A stretch of DNA of 24,000 bases from Promethearchaeia archaeon (GCA_046497275.1 JAWOFX010000064.1:52-24051); one strand, 5' to 3'; shown: positions 8,717 to 17,756, numbered from the stretch's first letter. A program made the numbers and translations. Notes: generated by a model from the letters alone, not told the origin.

Positions 8717-9862
8717 TTATGATTGATTCAATTTTTGTATAAAAGCATCAATAACAATCATATCAGATTTGGGAGAATATGATTTTATTATATCAGATCT
8801 TTTAATCTCTTTTATTATGAAATCATAACTTTCAATTTTGTTTCTAAATTTTGCTATAGCTTTTCTTATAGAATTTGGTTTCTCACTAAACTGATAATTA
8901 TGGATAATACCGCCCTCCTCCTTAATTAAATTGCATGCTACATCCAAAAATCTCAATGAATCCTCTGGAAAGTTCATAATAATCCTATCTATTTTATTTC
9001 TTAATTGAATTTCAATTTGATTGTGTGGATTTATTAGGTTTCTAATGTCTAAATTAAAAGGAGTAATTGTACCTTTCAAATTATTTATTTCGATATTTTC
9101 CTTCAAATATTTATAGGCAAATGGATTAATATCGAATGCGTATATTTTCACATCATGAAGTTTTGCTATTTGTATTGAAAAAGTTCCAACCCCCGCGAAC
9201 AGATCCGCAATTCTTTCTCCCTTTTCAAAATTTGATTTTGAGACTAATAACCGTTCATGATTTAATCTAGGAGAGAAAAACGTTCTGTTTATGTCAAGAT
9301 TAAATAAACAATCGTTCTCCTTATGTAAGGTTTCTGTTCTCTTCAATCCAGCTAAATATTCCATTTTTCTTAGACGAAAGGTCCCTCTTACTTTACTTTT
9401 TTTCTCATATACACTATTAACATTCTTATTTACCTGAATTATTGCGTTAGCGATTTTTTTCTTGATTTTTCTTTTCTTTTTCATTTTTTCTTCATTTCTA
9501 AATTCTATTATCGCAATTTCTCCAATTATATCATATGAATGAGGGATTAAATTATAATAATTTTTTGAAATCTGACCCTTTAAAACCTCTTCTAATGTTC
9601 TGTGTTCATAATTCTCTCTTTCTTCTGCTTTTAGTTTTATGATTTCAAAATCTAAAAAAGGTTTGATTACTTTCATTAATTCATTTATTTTTTCTGGAGA
9701 GATTTTTAAAGGGAAAAAGACATTATGATTATCTTCTACTATTTTATACTTTTTATTTAAGATAATTTTTTTGGAATAATTCTTTTTAATTAATTTCATA
9801 AATTTTTGAGCTTTTTCCTTAGCGATCTTTACAAAAAAGACCTCATTATTTTTTAGTTTCAT
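8717..9862 (-). CDS. trm5: tRNA (guanine37-N1)-methyltransferase, Trm5 family
   Basis: Class I MTase motifs ADLFAGVGTFSIQIAK, YAFDINPFAYKYLKENI, MNFPEDSLRFLD. Confidence 0.88.
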   Translation of the reverse strand: MKLKNNEVFFVKIAKEKAQKFMKLIKKNYSKKIILNKKYKIVEDNHNVFFPLKISPEKINELMKVIKPFLDFEIIKLKAEERENYEHRTLEEVLKGQISKNYYNLIPHSYDIIGEIAIIEFRNEEKMKKKRKIKKKIANAIIQVNKNVNSVYEKKSKVRGTFRLRKMEYLAGLKRTETLHKENDCLFNLDINRTFFSPRLNHERLLVSKSNFEKGERIADLFAGVGTFSIQIAKLHDVKIYAFDINPFAYKYLKENIEINNLKGTITPFNLDIRNLINPHNQIEIQLRNKIDRIIMNFPEDSLRFLDVACNLIKEEGGIIHNYQFSEKPNSIRKAIAKFRNKIESYDFIIKEIKRSDIIKSYSPKSDMIVIDAFIQKLNQS

Positions 9863-10286
9863 TGGAGTTAGATTTTTTAAATATTATTAGAAATTTACGA
9901 TTAGAATCTCTAATCTTTTTAATTAGATTTCTTGATAATTCGGAAGATGATTTAGAACAATTAATAAGTACCGTTCTATCACAAATATAATTGCTTTTTC
10001 GGAATACTAGATCTTTTTTATTACTTAATATCAAATTTTTATGACCAAATCCATAAAATCTATCGCTTAACCCTTTTAGTTTAATTAAAACTTCAATTCT
10101 TCCCCCTTTCCTTAAATAATCTTTTAAACTTTTATTTAAGTCCTCACAAGCTTTAGTAGCTTTTACCCCAAGAATACAATTTCCCTTGAGTGAAAGAGAA
10201 TCTTCTTTTGTGATTTCGATTGTGGTACTATGAGTACATAAAATATTTGGATGACCTTTGGCATAAACTTTATCCAAAATACTCAT
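9846..10286 (-). CDS. DUF371 family archaeal protein
   Basis: AKGHPNILCTHSTTIEIT...LSLKGNCILGVKATKAC pattern; overlaps the trm5 start. Confidence 0.75.
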   Translation of the reverse strand: MSILDKVYAKGHPNILCTHSTTIEITKEDSLSLKGNCILGVKATKACEDLNKSLKDYLRKGGRIEVLIKLKGLSDRFYGFGHKNLILSNKKDLVFRKSNYICDRTVLINCSKSSSELSRNLIKKIRDSNRKFLIIFKKSNSNETKK

Positions 10287-11923
10287 TATTGATTAAAATA
10301 ATTTATTATTTCATTAATTGTATTAAATGCACTTATAGGAATTTTATTTTTAGATCTTAAACTTTCGAAAATTTTTTTATAATAAGGATTTTCAAATTTT
10401 TCCTCTTCATGATATTGATTTGTAAAGTATTTTGGCGTCAAAAAGGCGATTTTCTCATATTCTGTAGAAGAATTAATAATTAAACTAATAATTTCACTTG
10501 ATGGTAAAAATTTTGTTTGATATTCTAACAGTTTTGAATTTATTGATTCATATTGTCCCATAGGATAAGTTTGTGATAATTCAAGAGGAATCAGTCCAAA
10601 AAAATCAGAATAAAAAGCAATATGTATATCTTCTCTAGGGATTTTTTCATTGTTTTTAATTTGATCAAGCCAGCAATTAATAGAAGGGGAGTTTATGCCT
10701 TTAAGATCCAGTTCTGGTATTATTAATAAAAATTTTACTCCTTTAGGAATTCTATAACGGTTATTTAATCTCTGCTTATATCTAACTATTATAGGGCGAT
10801 AATAACTTTGGAAAGAATTAAAAAATCGTCCGTGTTTTTTATAGATCTTTTCATAGATCTCCATGAACTCTAGATTTCTGATAATATTTTTTAAACTATT
10901 TGCCAAATTAGGATGAGCAAGGATTCTTTCCTCTATCAATTCCCATAAATTACCATCTCTAATAGCTTGCCTAACTACTTTTAATTCTGAAATAGAAATA
11001 TACAAATTATGTAATGCTAATAATTTAATCTTCTTTTTATTTTCCATTTGCCTAATTTCTTTAGGGGTATATTTAGAACAAATTGGACAATTACATGGAA
11101 ACTCTTTTAATTCATCTAAATTTTTAGTTCCTGTTGTAAGGGTAAAATATCGTTGTTCTTTAGCATATAAAATATATGCTGCTGAATCCATCAAATCACA
11201 TCCGCACGCTACTGCTATTGAAAAGAATTGTGGTAAGCCTAAGCCGAACATATGAAGAGGTTTAGAAGGTGTGATATTTCTTTTGACTGTCAGTAAAATA
11301 TTAATTATTTCTGGGAACCTATAATCTAAAAAGTACTTCACAAGCCCTCCAATTGCATAAATTTCGAAATCCAATTTATTCATTTCCCTGGAGCTTTTCA
11401 TTAATAGATCAGAATATTTGCCTCCATGTATCGGACCCATCCAGCAACATTCTTTTTCTCTTCTTAAAATATTTAATTTTGCCCTTTCAATACTTAATTC
11501 AATTTTCTCCTTTGCTTGGATATAATTATCGTTAGGTTGTACGGGAATATCTAAAATTACCGGAAAATTTGAGCCGATATCTTCTTGAAATTTCTCAATT
11601 TCTAAAGGGGTAATATTTATGTCTTCTTTATTATACATATATTGTTGGAAAGCCCCGCTATCAGTAGCAATTAATCCATTGAAGTTCAAATATTCATTTA
11701 ATCCTTGTTTTAGAACTTTCTGTCTTTCTTCTCTATTCTGATAAAGAATATATGCATTAGTAAAAATACAATTGAATCCTATATGTTGTATTTCTGCAGG
11801 TTTTAAAATATTATCATATGGATGTACAACGGGTATTAAATTTGGAGTAATTAATTTCTTTTTTTTATACTCTAATTCCCCAATTCTTCCTAAAGCATCA
11901 GTATCAAATATTTCATATTTCAT
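10286..11923 (-). CDS. tgtA: Archaeosine tRNA-guanine(15) transglycosylase-like protein
   Basis: ATDSGAFQQY, DIPVQPNDNY, MGPIHGGKYSDL, PLHMFGLG, Cys cluster PCNCPIC; C-terminal FFGLIPLELSQTYPMGQYE segment. Confidence 0.9.
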   Translation of the reverse strand: MKYEIFDTDALGRIGELEYKKKKLITPNLIPVVHPYDNILKPAEIQHIGFNCIFTNAYILYQNREERQKVLKQGLNEYLNFNGLIATDSGAFQQYMYNKEDINITPLEIEKFQEDIGSNFPVILDIPVQPNDNYIQAKEKIELSIERAKLNILRREKECCWMGPIHGGKYSDLLMKSSREMNKLDFEIYAIGGLVKYFLDYRFPEIINILLTVKRNITPSKPLHMFGLGLPQFFSIAVACGCDLMDSAAYILYAKEQRYFTLTTGTKNLDELKEFPCNCPICSKYTPKEIRQMENKKKIKLLALHNLYISISELKVVRQAIRDGNLWELIEERILAHPNLANSLKNIIRNLEFMEIYEKIYKKHGRFFNSFQSYYRPIIVRYKQRLNNRYRIPKGVKFLLIIPELDLKGINSPSINCWLDQIKNNEKIPREDIHIAFYSDFFGLIPLELSQTYPMGQYESINSKLLEYQTKFLPSSEIISLIINSSTEYEKIAFLTPKYFTNQYHEEEKFENPYYKKIFESLRSKNKIPISAFNTINEIINYFNQ

Positions 11924-11939
11924 ATTTTAAAACACAATA

Positions 11940-12542
11940 TTAATCAAAAAATTCATTTAATCTATTTTTTTTAGAAAGTTCACATAACCAATCGATTTTA
12001 CCAACAGGGTTAAGATTTGGTTCACCATTATTTATTATATCGGTAATTGTTTTTATAATTGAATCAATTGATTTATTCGAAGTGTTAATCTCATAAATTG
12101 GACATTTGAGATCTTTTTCAAGAATATAATTTGTGCTATTTCCTAAAATCTCCGCTTGTAAGTTTTCTCTTATCTTGGATTCTTTATAATCTCTTTTTTC
12201 AAGTCTTTTTCTTAAAATATCAGGATGACATCTTAAGATTATGACTAAATCGATAAATTTTTTTGGAATTATATCCGCAAAATGTCCCTCAATAAAAAAG
12301 TACTTTAATTTTTTTTCTTTTGCTTTCTCTATTATTTTAATAATATAGGGAATCATTTTATCAAAATCCGCTATATAGGTGTCTCTTTTCTTATCATAAT
12401 CTTCATGAAATCCTTTCTTAACTACCAATTCATTTAAGGAAATATATTCAGATTTCTCAAGTTGAGAGATTTCTTTACTTATTGTTGTCTTACCGCACCC
12501 CGGTGTGCCAGTTATTATTATAATTTCCATAATTAATATCAA
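11940..12542 (-). CDS. AK6/Fap7-type archaeal adenylate kinase-like P-loop kinase
   Basis: IIITGTPGCGKTTISKEI Walker A, FIEGHFADIIP, VVILRCHPDILRKRLEKRDY. Confidence 0.88.
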   Translation of the reverse strand: MILIMEIIIITGTPGCGKTTISKEISQLEKSEYISLNELVVKKGFHEDYDKKRDTYIADFDKMIPYIIKIIEKAKEKKLKYFFIEGHFADIIPKKFIDLVIILRCHPDILRKRLEKRDYKESKIRENLQAEILGNSTNYILEKDLKCPIYEINTSNKSIDSIIKTITDIINNGEPNLNPVGKIDWLCELSKKNRLNEFFD

Positions 12543-12645
12543 ATAATACTTAGAATAATCTTCTGAAAATAATTATATTTTATTCTTAAAATAAAATTAA
12601 TAGTTAAGAAAGGATTTCATTGGGTTATAGTTATAATTCATAAAA

Positions 12646-12722
12646 TGGTGCGGGGAGGGGGCTTCGATCCCCCGACCTCACGGTTATCAGCCGTGCGCTA
12701 TACCAAGCTAAGCCATCTCCGC
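12646..12722 (-). tRNA. tRNA-Ile (anticodon GAT), 3' CCA encoded
   Basis: GCGGAGA/TCCCCGC acceptor, CACGG-CTGATAA-CCGTG anticodon arm, GGGGG-ATCGAAG-CCCCC T arm, ACCA 3' end. Confidence 0.93.
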
Positions 12723-12872
12723 AAAGATTTTATTAGAATTAACACAATTAGATATTAACTCTTCCTAAATTGTGTTAATTTTAATAATTTTAATAAAATA
12801 TAGTTAAAAAATTTTTTGACTACTTGAATTAAATATTTATAGAATTAATTACTTAAACACAAATGATTATTA

Positions 12873-13304
12873 ATGTCTGATAAACTTATTTATTCGGTTA
12901 TTGGCTTACAAGATTTCATAATATCTTTTGAAAAATATTGTGACCCCTGTGAAATCCAACAGCATTGCAAATATGGAAAAAACAATCCTTTTTCTATTCA
13001 AATTAATTGTAATGATATTAATAGTTCAAAAGAAAAGATTAAATATGAACAACTAAAAAAATTACAAAAAACAGAAGACGTCACCGTGTCTTACGATGAT
13101 TTAATAAAAAAGATAAAGATAAATTTACAAACAATTTTTTCAGAAATTTGGAAAAATAAGATCAAAAATCAGAAAGAAGAGATAAGATGTCTTGATTCAA
13201 AAAAAGTTGATTCAATTTTAGTAGCACAACAAGGTCAAGATTGGTGGCAAGATTTTAATAAAGTAATGACTAAAATCAATGAAGAATGCGAAATGATTAT
13301 GTAA
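12873..13304 (+). CDS. Uncharacterised 143-aa protein with N-terminal Cys cluster
   Basis: KYCDPCEIQQHCKYG; no recognised family. Confidence 0.65.
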   Translation: MSDKLIYSVIGLQDFIISFEKYCDPCEIQQHCKYGKNNPFSIQINCNDINSSKEKIKYEQLKKLQKTEDVTVSYDDLIKKIKINLQTIFSEIWKNKIKNQKEEIRCLDSKKVDSILVAQQGQDWWQDFNKVMTKINEECEMIM

Positions 13305-13364
13305 ATTTTCAAAAAATACTTTCAGTTTAAATCTTTATTTTGAAAAATTCAATTGTATTAAAAT

Positions 13365-13928
13365 ATGATTTTAAATGATTCTCTCTTCCAAATTTATAAT
13401 AATCTTATCGAAATTGTTTTTATTTTTATGAAATATATCTTAGTCTTGATTCTAATAATAATTGGAATTTTAACTTTATTACGTTTAAGAGGGATATATC
13501 TTAATAAAAAAATTTATAATACTACAGAAATCAAAAATCAGGATCCTCTTAATCAAATAAGGCTTATACTTGGATTCTCTTATATTTTTTTGGGGATTGG
13601 GATTTTATTTAATTATTTGATCTATTTTATGATATGGATTTTGGATCCTTTACCTGATAGAATTGCTTTTTTTCTTTTAAATAAAATAGTGGAAATTCAA
13701 AATTCTCTTAATTTAGATATTGTGACCCCTGATTCATTAAATATTATAAATCTAATTTTCAATTTTTTATCATTTTTATTTTTTTTCGAATTATTACTAA
13801 GCGTTTGGTATTTAATCCATAATAATAAGGTCATAAATAATCCAAGAGGTGCTTTTATAGGTATTATATCTAGTCTTATAGGATGTGTACTTTTCGGTTT
13901 TACCGCTTTCATGCCGCATTTTTTATGA
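13365..13928 (+). CDS. Uncharacterised membrane protein (about 4 TM helices)
   Basis: Several long hydrophobic segments, e.g. FIFMKYILVLILIIIGILTLL and AFIGIISSLIGCVLFGFTAFM. Confidence 0.65.
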   Translation: MILNDSLFQIYNNLIEIVFIFMKYILVLILIIIGILTLLRLRGIYLNKKIYNTTEIKNQDPLNQIRLILGFSYIFLGIGILFNYLIYFMIWILDPLPDRIAFFLLNKIVEIQNSLNLDIVTPDSLNIINLIFNFLSFLFFFELLLSVWYLIHNNKVINNPRGAFIGIISSLIGCVLFGFTAFMPHFL

Positions 13929-14189
13929 CTTTTTGCAATCATCAATTTTTTATTTTTTCAAAAAGGAGAAAAATCTATTTTGTCGAACTTTATTCATCAT
14001 ATTTAATTAGAAATTTGAGATAGTTGTTTGGGAAAAAGGGATTTGAGATATTTAATAAGAGAAAAAATAAGAAAATAATACAAGATTGGATTCCATTTAT
14101 TAATACTTTGTCCATCAATAAAATTTTTTCATTTTAAGTGATATATTTTTTCTATTTCAATTTTCCTATTTAACTAACAAAACATAAAA

Positions 14190-14206
14190 CGAAAGGTTTA
14201 AATATA
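14190..14206 (+). promoter_or_regulatory. Candidate BRE/TATA promoter for tfb
   Basis: CGAAAGGTTTAAATATA, a good BRE + TATA-like element. Confidence 0.6.
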
Positions 14207-14345
14207 ATATTTGTGTATAAATAATTTGCAATCGGGTTATTTTCGTTCAGTCACTTAGTATAATTGATTTCCTAACATTAGAGTCATCGCTGGGTTGATT
14301 TAATTTGTGAAAATTATATAAATTTTATATTAATGGGGTTATATT

Positions 14346-15233
14346 ATGGAAATAAAAACAGATATGAATTTGTTAACTAATGTTTGTCCTGAATGTGGGG
14401 GTAAAATTATCCCTATTCAAGAAAAAGGTGAGAATGTCTGTAGAAAATGTGGTTTAGTAGTCAATGAGAGGATCTTAGACATTTCTCATAGTGGAAAGAG
14501 AGCTTTTACAAAACAAGAAAAAGATAAAAGAGCGAGAACGGGATCTCCCATTTCAATCCTTCTACCGGATATGGGTTTGAGTACTGTTATAGATAAATCT
14601 GGGATTAAAAATGCAGATCTTAAAAGAGCAGCAAAATGGAATTCCAGAATGACTTGGGATAAAAGAAATATGTTAATTGCAACCACAGAATTAAAAAGGA
14701 TAGGCAGCAATCTTAATTTACCATCTCATCTAAAAAAAGCTGCGATAAGGCTTTATATTGAGGCTTTTAAAAAGAAATTATTAAGAGGTAGATCAATAAA
14801 TGGTATGGTTGCAGCTTGTCTATATTTTGCCTGCAGAAAAAGTAATGTACCCAGAACTTTACAAGAAATTCTTGATCAAACTTCAGTTAGTGCAAAAAAT
14901 GTAAGAAGATGCTATCGAACTCTAATTAGAGAATTAAAATTGAAAGCTCCATCCACTGATCCCGTTTCTTTAGTCCCTAGATTCGTTGCAGAATTAGCTC
15001 TCAACACCGAGGATGAAAAAACTACAATAAAGATTTTAAAAGCATTTATAAAAAATTTTTCTATAAGTGGTAAAGATCCTAAGGGTTTATGTGCTGGTGC
15101 ATTATATCTGGTTTGTAAGGGTCGAAAGAAAAGGATATCTCAAAAAGAAATCGCAAATTTAGTAGGTGTCACCGAGGTTACCCTTCGATCCAGATATAAG
15201 GAAATTATTAAAAAATTAAATATTAAGATTTAG
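14346..15233 (+). CDS. tfb: Transcription initiation factor IIB (TFB)
   Basis: N-terminal zinc ribbon CPECGGKIIP...CRKCGLVVNERI, RAFTKQEKDKRARTGSPI B-reader/linker, two cyclin repeats. Confidence 0.97.
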   Translation: MEIKTDMNLLTNVCPECGGKIIPIQEKGENVCRKCGLVVNERILDISHSGKRAFTKQEKDKRARTGSPISILLPDMGLSTVIDKSGIKNADLKRAAKWNSRMTWDKRNMLIATTELKRIGSNLNLPSHLKKAAIRLYIEAFKKKLLRGRSINGMVAACLYFACRKSNVPRTLQEILDQTSVSAKNVRRCYRTLIRELKLKAPSTDPVSLVPRFVAELALNTEDEKTTIKILKAFIKNFSISGKDPKGLCAGALYLVCKGRKKRISQKEIANLVGVTEVTLRSRYKEIIKKLNIKI

Positions 15234-15234
15234 T

Positions 15235-15816
15235 TCATATTTCTTTTTTCATTAAAAATTTTGTAAAATCAGGTAGAGTTATTAAATATTCTTGAGCATT
15301 AGGTAGATAATTCTTTATTTTAATAAACATCTGAGAATAATGATGAGCCCTTTCTTTTTGTTCGAGTACATCATTCCTAGTTTGTTCTCTAATCATCTCT
15401 ACCGGAATGCCCTTCATAACTGCTCTCGCTGGGATTACAAGTCCGGGTGGTACTTGACTTTTATTTAATATCACTGATCCCTCACCAATAGAAGTTTCTT
15501 CAAATATAATACTACCTTCCATAATCTGAATATAATCCTCTAAGAAGCTTCCTAATAGGGTTACCCCAGTCTCTAAAATACAATACCTACCTATATGTAT
15601 CGAACTCTTAGATGATCGTGTTAATAAATTCACTCCATTAAAGATTGTAGAATATTCCCCAATATTTATTTTTGCATTTTCAGCCCGAATAATGGAACCT
15701 GGCCAAATAATAACATTATCATTAACTTTGACATCTCCAATTAAGGTTGCTTGAGGGGAAACATAGGCGTTTTCACTTATTTCTGGTTTCTTATTATTAT
15801 ATTCAATTAAAACCAT
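15235..15816 (-). CDS. Gamma-carbonic anhydrase-like left-handed beta-helix hexapeptide protein
   Basis: Hexapeptide repeats ISENAYVSPQATLIGDVKVNDNVIIWPGSIIRAENAKINIGEYSTI. Confidence 0.85.
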   Translation of the reverse strand: MVLIEYNNKKPEISENAYVSPQATLIGDVKVNDNVIIWPGSIIRAENAKINIGEYSTIFNGVNLLTRSSKSSIHIGRYCILETGVTLLGSFLEDYIQIMEGSIIFEETSIGEGSVILNKSQVPPGLVIPARAVMKGIPVEMIREQTRNDVLEQKERAHHYSQMFIKIKNYLPNAQEYLITLPDFTKFLMKKEI

Positions 15817-15937
15817 GATTAATTCCTAAATTAATATTTTTATACTTTCAATATTTTTAATTCATTTAAATTTAATTGATTTTATAAAGATAATTTTGCC
15901 TTTCTATTAGGTTAAATCCAAACTTTAATTAAAAAAT

Positions 15938-16762
15938 TCAGAAAAAATCAAAAGGATCTTTAGATTCAAATAATAGAAACTCATCATAAGGAAATTCCAA
16001 ACTTAAAAAATTTTTTAAATGCCTTAATGCGATCATCTCAGAATTATGATGTGAGATATTTATCAAAGATATACCTAAATCTTCTGCTAAAATTGCTTTT
16101 GTGTGATCTAAATTGCTTGAGATATAACAATCACAGCTTAATTCGGCTGCTTTTTCAATATACTTATTCTCTAGCGTTCCTCCTCCGACAATACATATTT
16201 TTTGAAGATTTTTAGAAAGTTTACCGACATAAGGTATTTCTCCTCTATTATTATTTAAATTTCTTTTAATACGTTCTAATAAACTTCTCAGGGTTAGAGT
16301 TTCATTAGATTCAGAAAAATTCATAGGCTCACAAATTCTTCCCAAAGGAATTTTATTATTATTAATTTCAACTTGAAAAAGAGAATCTATTTTCAGATAC
16401 AAAGATTTGGCAATAGTTTCTGAAATACCATTTTCTGATGATATAAAAGAGTTATTTAAAACAAAAATGGATACTGGATATTTGGAAAGTAAATTTAATT
16501 TATTTATTAAAGGTTTCTTTAGTTCTAAGAGAGGTGTTTGAATGAAGGGATGATGCGAAATTATTAAGGAGACTTTGTTCTTTATAGCATAATATATTGA
16601 TTGGATGCTTATGTCTAAGCAAATTAAAATCTTTTTAACTTGAGTTTCCCCCTTAATGACTCCATATTGGATCCCGTAAAAATCGTTTTTTCTTGAGAAA
16701 GTTTGTGGTGAGAGTTCATTTTCCAATAACTCTTTTAAATTTTTAAAAAACATAAAAATCAT
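15938..16762 (-). CDS. NIF3-like (DUF34) metal-binding protein
   Basis: ICLDISIQSIYYAIKNKVSLIISHHPFI motif, VGGGTLE, ISHHNSEMIALRHL. Confidence 0.85.
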   Translation of the reverse strand: MIFMFFKNLKELLENELSPQTFSRKNDFYGIQYGVIKGETQVKKILICLDISIQSIYYAIKNKVSLIISHHPFIQTPLLELKKPLINKLNLLSKYPVSIFVLNNSFISSENGISETIAKSLYLKIDSLFQVEINNNKIPLGRICEPMNFSESNETLTLRSLLERIKRNLNNNRGEIPYVGKLSKNLQKICIVGGGTLENKYIEKAAELSCDCYISSNLDHTKAILAEDLGISLINISHHNSEMIALRHLKNFLSLEFPYDEFLLFESKDPFDFF

Positions 16763-16870
16763 TTGAAAAAATTCTTATTTTTAAATAAAGCTGTTGAGTC
16801 TGTAAGTTTTCAATTTTATGTGATTAAAAGGGGTGTTTAAAAGGTTTAAACTAAAAAATATTATAGAAAT

Positions 16871-17074
16871 ATGAGAGCAAAAAAAATTGGAAAAAAAATA
16901 ATTAAAAAATTAAAAGAATTTCTTTATGATAATTATGGAGGAAATCTGGTAGAATATGCTTTATTGTTGGGATTTGCCCTATTTATTTTTTTTGTGATCT
17001 TTGGGATAATATCTTCAATAATGGATTGGACTTTAGGGTTATCTAATGATTTCTTTGATCTTATTGGAGGATAA
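16871..17074 (+). CDS. Flp-like (type IVb-like) small pilin
   Basis: Basic N-terminus, candidate cleavage YG|GNLVEYALLLGFALFIFFVIFGIIS with Glu5-Tyr6 and hydrophobic helix. Confidence 0.7.
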   Translation: MRAKKIGKKIIKKLKEFLYDNYGGNLVEYALLLGFALFIFFVIFGIISSIMDWTLGLSNDFFDLIGG

Positions 17075-17181
17075 TATCTCATTGAAATATAATAAAGATT
17101 TTTTTAGCCAATTTGTAAAAAATCTAAAGAAATAAATTATTTGATAATCAGATTTTTAAAGATTAAAATTCATTTTTTGAA

Positions 17182-17553
17182 TTATTTATCCTCAGACTTG
17201 ATTATTTTATCATAATCAAGTTTCAAATTAAATCTATTTTTCCAATCTTCAAGATGGTCAAATAAATAGTCTCTATCAATGTTTAAGTATTCAAGAAAAT
17301 CGTTTAATTTAATACTTTTAGTTCCCTTAAGAAGTTTCTCTAATTTTTCATCGACTTTTCCTTCTGTCGGTTGTTTCTTTTTCCTCGATCTTAATTCTTC
17401 TAATAAAGCAAAGTTATTACTGTCATTAAAGAAATATTGGACAATATTATTGATAACTGCTGCTTGCGTTCTTCCAAATACACCTACTAATTCATCGATC
17501 ATATCCATATAAATATTGCTTAAGGTGACAGTGGTGCGTTTGGTATCAGTCAT
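17182..17553 (-). CDS. Ribbon-helix-helix domain protein with C-terminal extension
   Basis: KRTTVTLSNIYMDMIDELVGVFGRTQAAVINNIVQYFF resembles the RHH N-terminal strand plus two helices. Confidence 0.7.
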   Translation of the reverse strand: MTDTKRTTVTLSNIYMDMIDELVGVFGRTQAAVINNIVQYFFNDSNNFALLEELRSRKKKQPTEGKVDEKLEKLLKGTKSIKLNDFLEYLNIDRDYLFDHLEDWKNRFNLKLDYDKIIKSEDK

Positions 17554-17622
17554 TTATTATTATTTTTTGATTTTTCTGATAAGGATTATATTAATTTTAT
17601 ATTTATATTACTATTTAATCTT

Positions 17623-17657
17623 ATGCTTATTTATGCATTATTATCATAATTAAGCAT
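17623..17657. repeat. Inverted repeat ATGCTTA ... TAAGCAT between divergent regulator genes
   Basis: ATGCTTA at 17623-17629 and TAAGCAT at 17651-17657. Confidence 0.6.
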
Positions 17658-17718
17658 CATTTATATATTAAAATGATTTAATATTAATTAAAGAACTTGA
17701 AAAAGTTTAAAATTCAAA

Positions 17719-17737
17719 ATGTCGAAAAAATGTCGAA
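17719..17737 (+). repeat. Direct repeat ATGTCGAA x2 with 11-nt period upstream of the winged-HTH gene
   Basis: ATGTCGAAAAAATGTCGAA: copies at 17719-17726 and 17730-17737. Confidence 0.7.
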
Positions 17738-17756
17738 GTTTTAGTGGAGGATAAAA

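Noticed and set aside
11353-11535. Plus-strand 60-aa ORF inside tgtA
   Set aside because: Antisense shadow ORF with no domain support
13697-13945. Minus-strand 82-aa ORF overlapping the membrane protein gene
   Set aside because: Antisense shadow ORF
14486-14710. Minus-strand 74-aa ORF in tfb
   Set aside because: Antisense to well-supported TFB
16027-16215. Plus-strand 62-aa ORF in the NIF3-like gene (with 17279..17512 in the RHH gene)
   Set aside because: Antisense shadow ORFs without domain support
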